Assembly (NCBI RefSeq): GCF_009914755.1
Contig: NC_060942.1
Reading direction: 5' to 3' (one strand)
Source of the DNA: the human T2T-CHM13v2.0 reference genome, Homo sapiens
DNA length: 64,000 bases
Part shown: positions 15,870 through 28,539 of the stretch, in pieces
Layout of the letters: each line of letters starts with the position of its first letter
How positions within the stretch are numbered: the stretch's first letter is position 1
Position numbers and translations under genes: made by a program
Notes under the pieces: model-generated
The model's input: the letters and a program-made list of their open reading frames with translations, nothing else
What the model was told of the DNA's origin: nothing
The model's database searches: none

Positions 15870-15937
15870 TTCTTCCTCTTCCTCTTCCTCTTCCTCTTCT
15901 TCTTCTTCTTCTTCCTCTTCTTCCTCTTCCTCTTCTC
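15804..15937. repeat. Pure polypyrimidine microsatellite (TCC/TTC/TTCCTC)
   Basis: 134 bp containing only C and T. Confidence 0.97.
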
Positions 15938-16003
15938 AGGGGCTCAACGAAGCTGAAATCAAGACGTTGGCTGGCTGAGCTCTTACCTGGAGGCTCTGGG
16001 GAA

Positions 16004-16523
16004 TCTTCTTCTCCTTCTCCTCCTCCTCCTCCCTCCTCCTCCTCCCCCTCCTCCTCCCTCCTCTTCCTCCCCCTCCTCCTCCCTCCTCCTCCTCCCCCTC
16101 CTCCTCCCTCCTCCTCCATCCTCCTCCCTCCTCCTCCTCCCCTCCTCCCTCCTCCTCCTCCATCCTCCTCCCTCCTCCTCCTCCATCCTCCTCCCTCCTC
16201 CTCCCTCCTCCCCCTCTTCCCTCCTCCTCTTCCCTCCTCCTCCTCCCTCCTCCTCTTCCCTCCTCCTCCTTCCTCCTCCTCTTCCCTCCTCCTCCCTCCT
16301 CCTCTTCCCTCCTCCTCCTCCCTCCTCCTCTTCCCTCCTCCTCCTCCCTCCTCCTCTTCCTCCTCCTCCTCCTCCTCCTTCTTCTTCTTCTTCCTTTCTT
16401 CTTCCTCTTCTTCTTCTTCTTCCCCCCTTCCCCTTTCCTCCCTCCCTTCCTCCTCCTCCCCTTCCTCCTCCTCCTCTTCCTCTCCTTCTCCTTCTCCCTC
16501 TCCTTCTCCTTCTTCTTCTTTTT
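16004..16523. repeat. ~520-bp polypyrimidine (CCT/CTT) tract
   Basis: Only three A residues (16118, 16162, 16185); abuts the tail of an antisense Alu monomer. Confidence 0.97.
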
Positions 16524-16641
16524 AATAGAGACATGGTCTTGCCATGTTGCCCAGGCTGGTCTCAACTCCTGGGCTCAAGTGATCCTTCTGCTTCAGCCTC
16601 CCAAAGTGCTGGGATTACAGGCATGAGCCACTTCGCCCAGC
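16524..16641 (-). mobile_element. Alu left monomer (FLAM_C/AluJ-like)
   Basis: tagagacatggtcttgccatgttgcccaggctggtctcaactcctgggctcaag...gagccacttcgcccagc. Confidence 0.9.
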
Positions 16642-16982
16642 TGGAATAAGCTTATAGGCTCCCTGAAGTTGGCAGAATTCAGTGCCTTGTGGTTGTAGGA
16701 CTGAGATCCCTGTTTCCTTGCCGGCTGTCAGCGCTGCAGCTCTCTGTTCCCAGGGGCTGCCTGCATTCCTTCTCATCTGGTCTCCTTCATCTTCAAGCCA
16801 GTGATGGCACAGCAAGTCCTTCTCATGCCTCAATCCCTCTGACTTCTCCCACCTTCCTCTTCTGCCACAAGCTGGAGAAAGTTCCAAGCCTTTAGGGGCC
16901 CATGTGACAAGACTAGACTCACCTGGATGATCTTCCGTTTTGAAAGTCAACGGTGCCTTATAACATGACACATTGCAATGTG

Positions 16983-17065
16983 TCTCGAACTTTTGGCCTC
17001 AAGCGATCCTCCTGTCTTAGCCTCCCAAAGCACTGTGATTACAGGCATGAGCCACCGTGCCTGGA
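16983..17065 (-). mobile_element. Alu 5' fragment
   Basis: tctcgaacttttggcctcaagcgatcctcc...gagccaccgtgcctgg. Confidence 0.85.
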
Positions 17066-17591
17066 CACATGCTGTGATATTTCATCACATTTCCGAGTTT
17101 CAGGCACTAGGGTGTGGAATCTTGGGGGCTGTTCCTAGAAATCCTGCCAACGACAGCAACCACTGGATGTGATGGATCAGATGGAACGGGTTGCCTGTGA
17201 AGAGATGTCCATATGAGCCACAGCCATTGGAAGGAAAACACAAGACTCATCTGCGTTCATTTGGTGACTGTGTCAAACCATTTGCCCTAACACAGGGCCC
17301 CATTTTAAGTGCTTGCTTGGTTTAGCAACTTTAGGAAAGCTTGGTACGTCTTTCAAACTTTAAAAGAGTGATTGGTCCAGAGGTGGATATTCCTTCTTCC
17401 TGGATTATTTACTTATTTATGACTTGTTTTATGTTAAGCATTCAGCTCTCTTCTTAACCTTGTTTTTGCTAAATAACTTTATTTTTTATATTGTTTTTGC
17501 TCAGTGTAAGTAATGTTATGGAAAGTTAATTCCTTTTAGTCAAACAGAATGAAACCAGGCAATAAAATTCAGGAAAGAGGCCCATTTCTCA

Positions 17592-17942
<351 letters not shown>

Positions 17943-18773
17943 TCAATAAACAGCTTCCAAAGCAGGTGGAACACCGTGTGCTGGGCTGAGGACAGAGCAC
18001 TGGGACACCTGCAGAAGGCTGTGGCTCTCGGCTGCACAGTCACATCATATTAATGCCTCACTAGACCCAACTTTTCAAGCCGTTGTCCCTACATGTTATG
18101 CACTTGGTGAAGGGAGAGACTGATGCCAGTTTCCCAAGAGGGAAAGAAAACAACTGGAAAAAAGGAAATGGCAGATTGTCAATGAGATAGCTTTTGTTTC
18201 AATTTTCCCTCCTTTGTTTTCCTTTGAAGCCCCGGTGAATTACTGTGCTTTCCCTTTTGGTGTTTTGGTCCACAGATCTGTACATTAACCTGAACTCCCT
18301 GTTATGTTTTTTTCCCTTAATACTCATCTGGAAAATACCCCTACACTTGACTGCCTGGAGAGGAGTGAGACCCACTGTCCACTTCTAGATTGAATGCCTA
18401 GGAGGACTGGTATGGGCCTGTGGCTGGAGGCCCAGACCGGATGCCAGGAAAGCGGAGGCCCCTTCCCAGGCCTGTGCACCACGCCTCTGCAGCGACTCGA
18501 GGTCTCCGTTAAACTGCACTGGGCTTCAGTGTGCTCATGTGATAAGTGGAAATAGTAAAAGGTCAGCCTTTGTCACATTGGAATCCCAGCTCTGCCATGA
18601 TCTCACCAGGTGACCTTGGGCTCAATCGGTATTCTTGTCCCTGAGCCTTAGTTTCTCTTCTGTGCTCTGGGGAAATGGATATGTACCTGGTCATGTGAGA
18701 AGCCAGCCGACGGCAAATATCATATAAAGTTTTGCATTTCAGCCTTGGTCAACCTCCAAGGGCAGGCAGGATG

Positions 18774-18817
18774 TGACCCATGACCCAGGGACGTGGGGCG
18801 GGGAGGCGGGGCTGGGC
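18774..18817. promoter_or_regulatory. DR1-type nuclear receptor element plus GC boxes (candidate)
   Basis: TGACCC-A-TGACCC (18774-18786; minus strand GGGTCA-T-GGGTCA) followed by ggggcggggaggcggggctggg; motif match only. Confidence 0.35.
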
Positions 18818-19379
18818 AGCAGTGGAAAGGGGCCAGTTGTGGTGTCAAGGATGAGCCATTGGGCTCTGTTCCTGTTTCCTGATGGATCTGGGCAATACAG
18901 GGGGACCCTGTGTTCAGGCCTGTGTGTTTCCTGGCACCAGGAGGCCTGTGGAGGAGAGTGGCTGCCAGAGCAGAAAGGAGTGACACCCACAGCCCTGGGC
19001 AGGGGGACAGGCCCAGCGGTTGGGAGGAAAACGCTCTTTAATAGGGCTGCTACCTGGGGATTTTGAGGTCTTTGAGTAGGATGCGAGTCAACTCTAGTAC
19101 CCTGTCCTGGTACTTTCCTCAGTTGTTTTTTTTTTTTTCATTTTCTTTTCTCTTCTTTATTTTTTTTTGTTGATTTGGCAGGTGAGTTGTTACACACTCC
19201 TTAGATTCTGACTTCCCTGGCTAGCGTCCAGCTTTTTCTCAAATTTTATTTGTGCATTTTTACTTTGAGTCCTGGTGGCTCTGATAAAAAATATAACAGT
19301 GTTTTTTAATCTCACTGTTAAAATATAATGTATATATGTATGTATATATAAATGTATATATAATATACATTATATTTTA

Positions 19380-19560
19380 ACAGTGAGCTAAAAGAACACC
19401 GGACTTGGAATCAGACCAACTGGATCCTGAAATTAAGATTTGATTTTACCAGTTCCATGACCTTGGCTAATTAATTGACTTAACTTCTGTGCCTCAGTGT
19501 TCTGGTCTCTAAAATGGGCATAATAATATCTGCCCTGACATGCTCTCTGGTTTGCTGTGA
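19380..19560 (+). mobile_element. MIR
   Basis: tgaccttggct...ctgtgcctcagt...taaaatgggcataataat. Confidence 0.8.
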
Positions 19561-19572
19561 AGTGTACATACA

Positions 19573-19840
19573 GGCCAGGCATCGTGGCTCATGCCTATAA
19601 TCCCAGCACTTTGGGAAGCCGAGGCAGGTGGATCACTTGAGGCTAGGAGTTCAAGACCAGCCTGGCCAACATGGCAAAACCCCGTCTCTACTAAAAATAC
19701 AAAAATTAGCCGGGTGTGATGGTGCACACCTGAAATCCCAGCTACTCAAGAGGCTGAGACATGAGAATCGCTTGGATCTGGGAGGTGGAGGTTGCAGTGA
19801 GCTGAGATGGCGACAGAATAAGACTGTCTTAAAAAAAAAA
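19573..19840 (+). mobile_element. AluS (deletion near 3' end)
   Basis: Dimer with poly-A; TSD aag(t/c)gta(c/t)atac. Confidence 0.93.
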
Positions 19841-20210
19841 GCGTATATACATCACAATACTTGGGTGTATTTTGTAGGCCTTAAAATGCATGCTGTCACA
19901 ATTTGGCTTTTGTTTTCTTGTGGGTAATTTTAAGGATGAGCTAAATGAAAGAGGCAGTTGGGTCTGGATGTGGAAAGATCCTTGGCACCCTGTCTTGTCG
20001 GGGAACAAGGTCAAGTGCATGAGGAGCTGGGATCCATGAGACCCATTGGCCGCCCCCCACCTCCGATTTCTCGTACTAATGGATGTCTATGTTTCCACTC
20101 AGAATTCTCCTTCATTTGTCAGGTACAAGGCCAAGATACCAAAATAGCACTTGTGTAGGACTGAAACTATTACTGCTCAATTGTTTCTGGGCCTTATTTT
20201 TTTCACACAG

Positions 20211-20439
20211 CTCCACCACTCTCAAAGTGTCTGTGGACGTGTGGAGGATGTAACGCAGACCGAGTGACGGTGCTCAGAAACCATCCAAACATTACGCATC
20301 GAGACAAGAATTTTAGAGATGTTTCAGGGAGTGGGCGCGCGTCCCGACTTCCCTGGCAAGCCGACTGCCCAATGCTGCAACATCAGTGAGGGCGCAGACC
20401 TTCTCTGAATGCTGAGGGTCACCAGCTTGTGCAGGAAAG
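20211..20439 (+). other. Candidate non-coding exon (229 nt, locally CpG-rich)
   Basis: Acceptor ccttattttttt-cacacAG and donor AAG|GTAGGC; stops in all three frames. Confidence 0.4.
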
Positions 20440-20689
20440 GTAGGCTATGAGGGCAGATGTTTAACTTTAAAGGGAGCATTTAGAATACCAGCCTGTACAT
20501 GCAGGTGGATGCCATTGTTTAGCAGTTAGAAATTCATCAGTTACACTAAGCAGCAAACTTTTTCATAGATATAGAGGGGTTTTCTAATAGACATGGCCAT
20601 TGAGTTTCATGTGCTTGAAAGAACTGCATCTAAATCATGCTGGAAACACTGAAAATGTCACTTTGAGAGGACACAGTGACCCTGCAGGA

Positions 20690-21300
20690 CAGGCTTAGAC
20701 TTTAGAGCCAACCCCTCTACCCCATTCCAGCATTTCTTGTTGTGTTATCCTCAACAAGTCCTAACCTTCTAGGTGTCAGTCGCCTCATCTTCATAGCGGG
20801 AGAAATTATACTGAACTTAAAGGGTTGTTGTAAGGAGTTAAGATAATGTGTGAAAATAGCTGAGCCCAGGCCCAGTGGTGGTAAGAATTCTACCTGGAAT
20901 CTTTTGTTATTAAAAAAGTAAAACAGTACATATGGTGTTTAGGATTTAGCATTATAAGCTCTTGTCAGAATTTTTTCCCTTCTTATATGGAAGATGATGG
21001 ACAGACTCAGTTGAACTTCTGTAATTGTGTTTACTGGGTATCAGAGCTGATTTCCCCTTGTGGGGCGGTTATCTTAGAAATTAAACTTAATAAAAATAGT
21101 AGAATTTGTGATCTGTGCCAGGAAGTGGGCTGCATATTCTACATGTATAAACAATCAATATTCCAAACAACCTTAGGTCATTGTCCCCACTTTGAAGATG
21201 AGGGCACTGGATCTGGAAGAGTTTGGGTCACCTGGCCAAGGCCACACAGAGATGTGAATGGAGGTCTTTAGGATAGCAGAGACCACATTCTTAGTCACTA
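20690..21300. mobile_element. Two MIR remnants (~20690-20880 +, ~21090-21300 -)
   Basis: MIR core motifs (cctcatct...agggttgttgtaagg; cactttgaagatgaggg...gccaaggccacacag). Confidence 0.65.
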
Positions 21301-21909
21301 AAGTACACTGAGTTTACTCAAAAGCAGATTGTTACTGTAACCTCATATCTCAGGGTGGTTAAGGTTGTTATGGTTACACAGGGCATAGGGGAAGGCTTTG
21401 GGGAGATGGCAAGGGGAGCGAGAACTGTTGATTTTGTGGGACACAGCCATGGTCATTTTGCTCCTTGTCTCCCAGTGCTCAGTGGCCACCAACCTCAGCA
21501 GATGCCCTGTCCTGGAACCACCTCCCTCCCATTTAGTGCATGTTAATCTCCAAACCCACCATCTCTTGCCTCACTTTTGGGGTGTCATCTTGCTCTTTGA
21601 GCCTGAATGAGCTCTAGTTATCTTGAAGCCAAGCTCCAGTCTGGGGAGGGTGCGTGCAGAGCCCTCTGCTCCCCTCCTCATCTTCCACCTCCCTTCAGTC
21701 TCTCTAAAATATACACCCTTGGGTCACCCCCACCTGTGCTCCTACCCATGTGCACTGGCACCATGCCCATGCTAGACTGTGGCCAGTCCAGCAGGCTATG
21801 GGGGAAAAGACGAGGCAGTTCTGGGGCAGGAACATGGTGGCTGGTGCTGGCTCAGGACACAGCACTGCTCAATGGAAAGGCCATGGGCTTGTTACCCACT
21901 CCTGTATTC

Positions 21910-22230
21910 TTTCATCTATTCAGTAGTTTTTAAAATTGAATACCAGGTGGTGGGAACACAACAAATAATCTGATACAACCCTGCTCTGAAGAACTTGGAG
22001 TTTACTAGAGGAGAGAGACTGAGAAATGAAGAATTAGAATTCAGTGGGACTGGTCTGGGTGGCTGCATCTACTGAGTAACCTGTGCATACAAGGGCAGGG
22101 AGGAGGGAGAGCGGAGGAAGGGGAGTTTTAGGAGGAAGAAGGAGCTCATATAAAGGTTCAGAGGCGAGAGGGAACTGGTGCTTTCAAAGAAATACACACA
22201 CAGCAGCATGACTGGAGCATACTGTGTGGG
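21910..22230 (-). mobile_element. L2 remnant
   Basis: ccctgctctgaagaacttggagtttactagagg. Confidence 0.55.
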
Positions 22231-23544
22231 GAGAAATGGCAAAACTACATCTCATTCTGATAGACTTGTCAGCCATGGCCCTGACTCAGACTCAAATGAA
22301 ACATTGGGACAGAACAGCCAGTCCTTACACATGTGTGGACACTGTTAAAATAAGACAGGAGGGGCTGGGGACACACCTCGGGGCCAGCAAGGATAGGAGG
22401 GTGTTGCTGCTGCCACTCTGGCCCTGAAGGGGACAGGGGAGGGCACGGTTATTAACATCCAGGAAAAGCTGCAGCTGCACGTGAAGAGGCTGCATGTAGG
22501 AGCTACGGGTAGGGTTTTGGTAAAAGCTCACAGTCACTGCTAGCCCCCTTCCCAGTGGGGAGAGTCAGAGGAGGATGGGGAAGGATCTAGAGTATATCTG
22601 GATGGATCAGAAAATTCCTGGCGTGGTAGACATCCTCATACTCCCCCAGCTCCCATTAATCGTCTCTATCACAGACCACAAATATGCTACAAGGAGTTGT
22701 GACAGCGTGCAGCTGAAATACACAACGAAGGGGTAACTGTAAATTCAAAAATACAATCCAGACCACAGAAAACATAAACTAAAGGTCAAGCAGGGAGAAG
22801 GGGAGAAGGCTGGACAATAAAACAAAAATGTGAGATCATTTGGACTTCCATAGTTGCCATTATTGAGCCAGAAATATGATGCTGAGCTTCCTGGTGGCCA
22901 AGTTTTAAAGGAAGATGCGGTCACTTACATAGTTTTCCTTGTCAAAGAAGTGAAAGTATACCAATTTGTATTGGAAACCAGACTTTCCCTAGACCTCAGC
23001 ATGAAGAGGAATTTTCTCTGCAGGGCAGAGTCATTTTAACAGGCTGTGACCCTAAGAAAGTTCCTTTAGAATATTCAGGTCTAGGCCACACATCTGGCTT
23101 GTGTCTGTGTTGCTCACTGGTAGTGCTTCCTGATGGTGTCCAAACCCTGCCTCTCTCCCATGATTGCATGTTTCTCAAGATGGGGGACCATGCTTTTCTA
23201 CCTGGGTGTATCTTTTCTACCTCTCATTATGGCAGTATTTTGAAATTAAATCTGGTAAAAACATTTTGATTGTCGTATTTTTTTCCAGCATTGCAGAAAT
23301 AATTTATTAGGGACTGTGAGGAATAATGAGACCAAGCACAGCTGCATCCATGACCCTCTCAACAACCCTCTGGAGAGCGGGTGCTCTAGGGGTTGGAGGT
23401 ACAGGGTCAGCGTCTATGTGGTAGGTGTTTCTAAGGACTGCAACATCCTGGAGCTGTGTAATGAGATGGAAGGGAACAATGACAATTCATCCCATATCTC
23501 AGTTCAACCTTAGTGAAGTACTGTTTAGACCAATGATGTTTAGC

Positions 23545-23710
23545 ATTTGGGGGTCAAAAACTCTCTTAAAATATGATAAAAACTAAGGACTCTTTCTTTC
23601 CACAGAAGAAAGCAAAAACACACAGTTTTGGATATAGTTTCAGGCAGACCACAAACTTCTCAGAGCCCTACCATGGGCTCATTAAGGATCCACGGACCCC
23701 AGGTTAGAAT
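23545..23710. mobile_element. hAT-Charlie (MER5-like) DNA transposon remnant
   Basis: tttggggtca...cacggaccccaggttagaa resembles a MER5-group terminus. Confidence 0.4.
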
Positions 23711-23894
23711 CTGTGGCTTAACCTCTGGTCCTCACAACATTTCGTACAAGGGATTTTTCTTCTGGAGTTTCTGTGGCCTTGTTAGCGATAGAAACAAAGT
23801 TATATCCCAGGTATCAAGTACATCCCACAGGGGTTGGGAGAGGTGGGAAAATTACATAATCAGCCTCTTACTTCCCTCACCTTGCACAAATATT

Positions 23895-24290
23895 CTACGG
23901 ATAAGACGAAACAATTATAACACATGGAATATTATTCAGCAAGAAAAAGGAAGGAAATTCCGACACATGCTACAACATGGATGAAAGTTGAGAACCTCAA
24001 GCTGAGTGAAATAAGCCAGTCACAAGAATACAAATACCATATGCTCCTTATATGAGGTACCTAGAGAAGTCAAATTCATAGACATAGAAAGTAGAGGATG
24101 GTTGTCAGAGGGTGAGAGGAACAGCTCCGGAATTAATGTTTAAGGGGTATAGAATTTTAGTTTTGCAAGACAAAAAGGGTTCTGGAGATTGGCTGCACAA
24201 CAATTAAATAGAATTAACGTCACTGAACTCTATATCTAAAAATGATTAAGATGGTAAATTTTATATTATGTGTATTTAACCACAGTTAAC
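23895..24290 (+). mobile_element. L1MB-type 3' end
   Basis: catgctacaacatggatgaa...tgaggtacctagagaagtcaaattcatagac...aaaatgattaagatggtaaatttta. Confidence 0.88.
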
Positions 24291-24334
24291 ACATACAGAC
24301 ATAACACATACAAGAGTTTAAAACAACAAAGCCG

Positions 24335-24620
24335 AGCTGGACATGATGGCTCATGCCTGTAATCCCAGCACTTTGGGAGGTAGATTGCTGAGCTCAGGAC
24401 TTTGAGACCAGCCTGAGCAATATGGCAAAACTGTCTCTACAAAAAAATACAAAAAATTAGCTGGGCATGGTGGTTCACACATGTGGTCCCAGCTACTCGG
24501 GAGGCTGAAATTGAGGCTGTAGTGAGCCGAGATCACACCACTGCACTCATGCCTGGGAGACAGAGTGAGACCCTGTCTCAAAACAACAAAAACAACTCAA
24601 AACAATTAAAAAAACCCAAA
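24335..24620 (+). mobile_element. AluJ
   Basis: Diverged dimer with internal deletions and A/C-rich tail. Confidence 0.9.
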
Positions 24621-25608
24621 ACAATGAAGCCTGAAGAATGCAGCTTGCCCAGCAGGGGAGTGTGTGGAGTGAGGAGGCGCAGCCCCATTGCACCTTGGCG
24701 CATTGTGGCCTGACCCAAAGCCATGAGTCTCTGGGGAGCCAGCTACTTCCCCTGCAGGGCAGGCTCCTGGAGCTGGGACCAGTGGCAGTGGCACTGAGAA
24801 CCAGCACCAGCCACACCTTGAGTAGCTTTGGAATGGTTCTGCTTGGGTCTTTGAGCTTGTTGTTGGAGCACTTTCCGTTTCTATACTCAATCTTGTTATT
24901 GACATATACTTTTCCTGTAAGAGAATGACTTGTGACGATCTTCTAGCTTGTGACGATCTTCTAGAACGCTATTCAATTACAAAGAAAAACTGTGGCCTCA
25001 TGTATGATTCATCATGCAGGAACTCTTCATTTGATAGGACCCATCTTTCTTATAACAGGAAGTAAATACGTGTTGCTAAGCTACTATGTCCACCAAAAGA
25101 AAAAAAACCATATAGTAGATTCCATTGTACTCTTTGTGCTCTGTGAGAGTTAATGATTCCTCTATGTTAATTCAGCTCTTTCATTCTTGACCTCTTTTAC
25201 CTAAAGTTAATTAGAGTTTAGCCATAACGTACTTAGTGTAAACAGAAAAAAAAAAGGCCTGAGTCATAATTTCCCATGAGAAAAGAATGGGCTTTCTTAA
25301 ACTTTCTCAAAGGAATTTAAAAAGCATTTATTGGTTCAGATTTTTAGTTCTGTGTCTATCTGCCTGTCTATTTGTCTATCTACCTAAGTATCTATCTATG
25401 TCTATCTATATTCCTATTGATGGTTCAGGGACCTTGCAAGCATCTGATTTAATCTTATTATTGCAAAAGAAAGAGATACAGACTGCACATGTAAGTTTTA
25501 GGAATTGCAAGTACCTCTTTTGAGCCACTGGGGTTGAGGCTTCAGTTCTCTACCACTGAGAAGAATCAGGCAGATAGAGACCATTTTATGACATAGATTA
25601 AGGGGTTT

Positions 25609-25621
25609 AGGTCAGAGGTCA
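25609..25621 (+). promoter_or_regulatory. Perfect DR1 element AGGTCA-G-AGGTCA (candidate)
   Basis: Exact consensus DR1; AP-1 heptamers nearby at 25260-25266 and 25832-25838. Motif match only. Confidence 0.35.
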
Positions 25622-26190
25622 GGAAGGACTATGTGTCAGGCCATTTCCCTAAGAGAGATGTCAAAATGAAAATGAATATTATTGCCTATATCAGATGTCC
25701 TGAACTTCAGGGCAATGAGAGGGTCCTGATCAATGGTATCATTCTGTCTGTATATTTACTTACATGAGCTCAAATAGGCACACACATGGGTGAGGAGGGG
25801 GCCATTTAAGTGGACCTGGCAATTAGGCCTATGACTCAGTCCAAGTTCCCACAAGAAGATGGGATGGGGGTATAGGAATCTGCTGGCCCCACAATTGGGC
25901 TCTCTCACAGGCTCTCAGTGTAATCTCACTGTGCTGAGTGTGAGTCTAACAGTTTTGATCCCCACACAGCATGGCTCCTACATGCGAGTCATCATCTTCA
26001 TGTAATGCTCGGTGATTAGTTTCAATTCCAGTGTAAGAGCTGGCTATGCTGAGCTTCCTGAGAGAGGAGATGTCCATTTCCAACGTGGTTCACAGTTATG
26101 GGTTTGCCCAGTCTAACAGGGGTCATAAAGATCTGAGAGAGAAAAAAAAATCGTGAAGCTGTGGCATTAAGTACTAAAATGGTTGCTAAG

Positions 26191-26585
26191 TTTACCTTCC
26201 CACTAGCAGTGTAGAAGTGTCCCCTGATCGCCGCATCCATGCCAACATCTACTGTTTTTTGATTTTTTGATTATGGCCATTCTTGCAGGAGTAAGGTGGT
26301 ATCACATTGTGGTTTCGATTTGCATTTCCCTAATCATTAGTGATGTTGAGCATTTTTTCATATGTTTGTTGGCCATTTGTACATCTTCTTTTGAGAGTTG
26401 TCTATTCATGTCCTTAACCCACTTTTTGACAGGATCGTTTGTTTTTTTCTTACTGATTTGCTCAGGTGATAGGTGCACCAGGATCTCACAAATCACCACT
26501 GAAGAACTTACTCATGTAACCAAATACCACCTGTACCCCAATACATTTATTGTTATAGAACAATAAATAAAGTAATAATAAAAAG
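26191..26585. mobile_element. L1PB-type insertion with 5' inversion (twin priming)
   Basis: 26191-26460 is antisense L1 ORF2 end; 26461-26585 is sense 3' UTR plus A-rich tail. Degenerate TSD aaaatggttgctaag / aaaagattgttaag. Confidence 0.85.
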
Positions 26586-26593
26586 ATTGTTAA

Positions 26594-27013
<420 letters not shown>

Positions 27014-27129
27014 TAACTTCCTGCCAAAAAGGTACAGATTCCTGATGAAAAGATATTTCCAAAACTAATTTCAACTCTACATGTTTTCACCAATAGGCTA
27101 CCTTCTGACCCTAACTCCCATGGAAATTA

Positions 27130-27335
27130 TGATGGTTAAGAGCATGAACTTTGAGTCAGATATCAGATTCCAAATCCCAGCTCCACCGATAACATATTAA
27201 TTCTACTAAGCCTCAGTTTCCTCAAATGTAACAATAGTTCTTACCTAATAGGGTAATTTTGTGGATTAGATGAGACAATCCCTGTTGTAGCATTTAGCAC
27301 CTGCATTTAATAAGCAATGCAATAGATGTTTACTC
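27130..27335 (+). mobile_element. MIR
   Basis: tggttaagagcatgaactttgagtcaga...gcctcagtttcctcaaatgtaa. Confidence 0.85.
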
Positions 27336-27539
27336 TGATTATTCAGGAAGCAAAAGCAATCCGATGTATTGGCTCTATGCCACTGATTTGTGGGAAGAAC
27401 AAAAGACTGGTTCTGTGCTCTGGATCCAAAGCAATGCAAAAGTTTTAAAAACAAATTTGTTTCTCGTTTTTACTCTTTTGTCTGTTGTGTTTTATATCTC
27501 TAACTTCTGAACTATTCAGATATACATATTACATATGCA

Positions 27540-28140
27540 ACTATTCATTCCATGTACTTGGTGAATATTTCTTGAGCATCTGCTATGTGCCAAGCCAGGT
27601 GCTGGTTATGCAGAGGCAAGACACAGTCCCTGAAGAGTGGGAGGAAACAGACACATAAATGACAGTCACAAGCCAGCCTAGAAAATGGAATGATAATGGG
27701 CACCTGAAAGAACTTATGTGCCAAAAGTAGTGACTGGGTTGGGGAGGGCTCCTGGCATGAGAAAGGCATGGAAGTGAGAAACAGCAGGGTCATTGGGCAA
27801 CCATGGGGAATTCACTTTGCCAGAATGGAATGTGTAAATCTGGGAATGGTGGGCAAATAGCCTAGAAAGAAAGGCTGATCATGGAGACTTTGACCTCCAG
27901 CCTGGAGGCCATGGGATACTGTTGATTGAATATATATTTTCATTGGAGGAGAAAAGAATTATAGGTTAACTCAGCAGGACTTGTGACTGCTGGGAGTGGG
28001 AAGTGAGGGGAAGGGGAAGTCCAGGATGACTTCCGGGTATCTTGATTAGGCAACTGAGTGGATGGGGGTGTCACTAATTTGGGGTATTTTTTTAGAATAA
28101 AAGAGGAAGAGAGCAGGATTTGAAAGTGGAAGATGATACG
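27540..28140 (-). mobile_element. L2
   Basis: ttgagcatctgctatgtgccaagcc...ggaagtccaggatgacttcc. Confidence 0.8.
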
Positions 28141-28539
28141 CTACTTTTGAAAAAAAATTTTAGCTAGATACAGAATTTATAATGTAGGAATATGATACAA
28201 ATGTGCTTCTATTTTATTACATCTGGAATTCAGTAATCAAATACATTATTTGTGATGACTAAATCCTCAGAAAGCATGTCTAAACTGGAAGTTGTACAGT
28301 CAAAGATTCTCAGCCAGGACCAAGCAACATCTGAGCCCAAATTACCTTTATAATTTAAGACAGGAAGGAAGAGAATTTTAAAAGATTGAGGAGGGAGACT
28401 GGATAAAGGAAAAACACAAAAATAATAATGATAATGCTAATACAATGTTTAAAACCCCACTGCTTTCAGATACCAGTTTCTACCTCTTCCCTGACATTTC
28501 ATTAATTGTATTTCAATCTCTTTTTTCCACTATCCTCAG

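Larger units (their letters stand above)
15616..17155 (-). mobile_element. MLT1 (MaLR) LTR interrupted by microsatellites and Alu pieces
   Basis: ttctgttgctgctgtgaca...tggcttaaaa...gctgaaatcaag...gttggcagaattcagtgccttgtggttgtaggactgag; antisense MLT1C/D-like. Confidence 0.8.

Noticed and set aside
15684-16565. Long poly-E/R/G/S/F ORFs
   Set aside because: Stop-free reading of the polypyrimidine/polypurine microsatellite.
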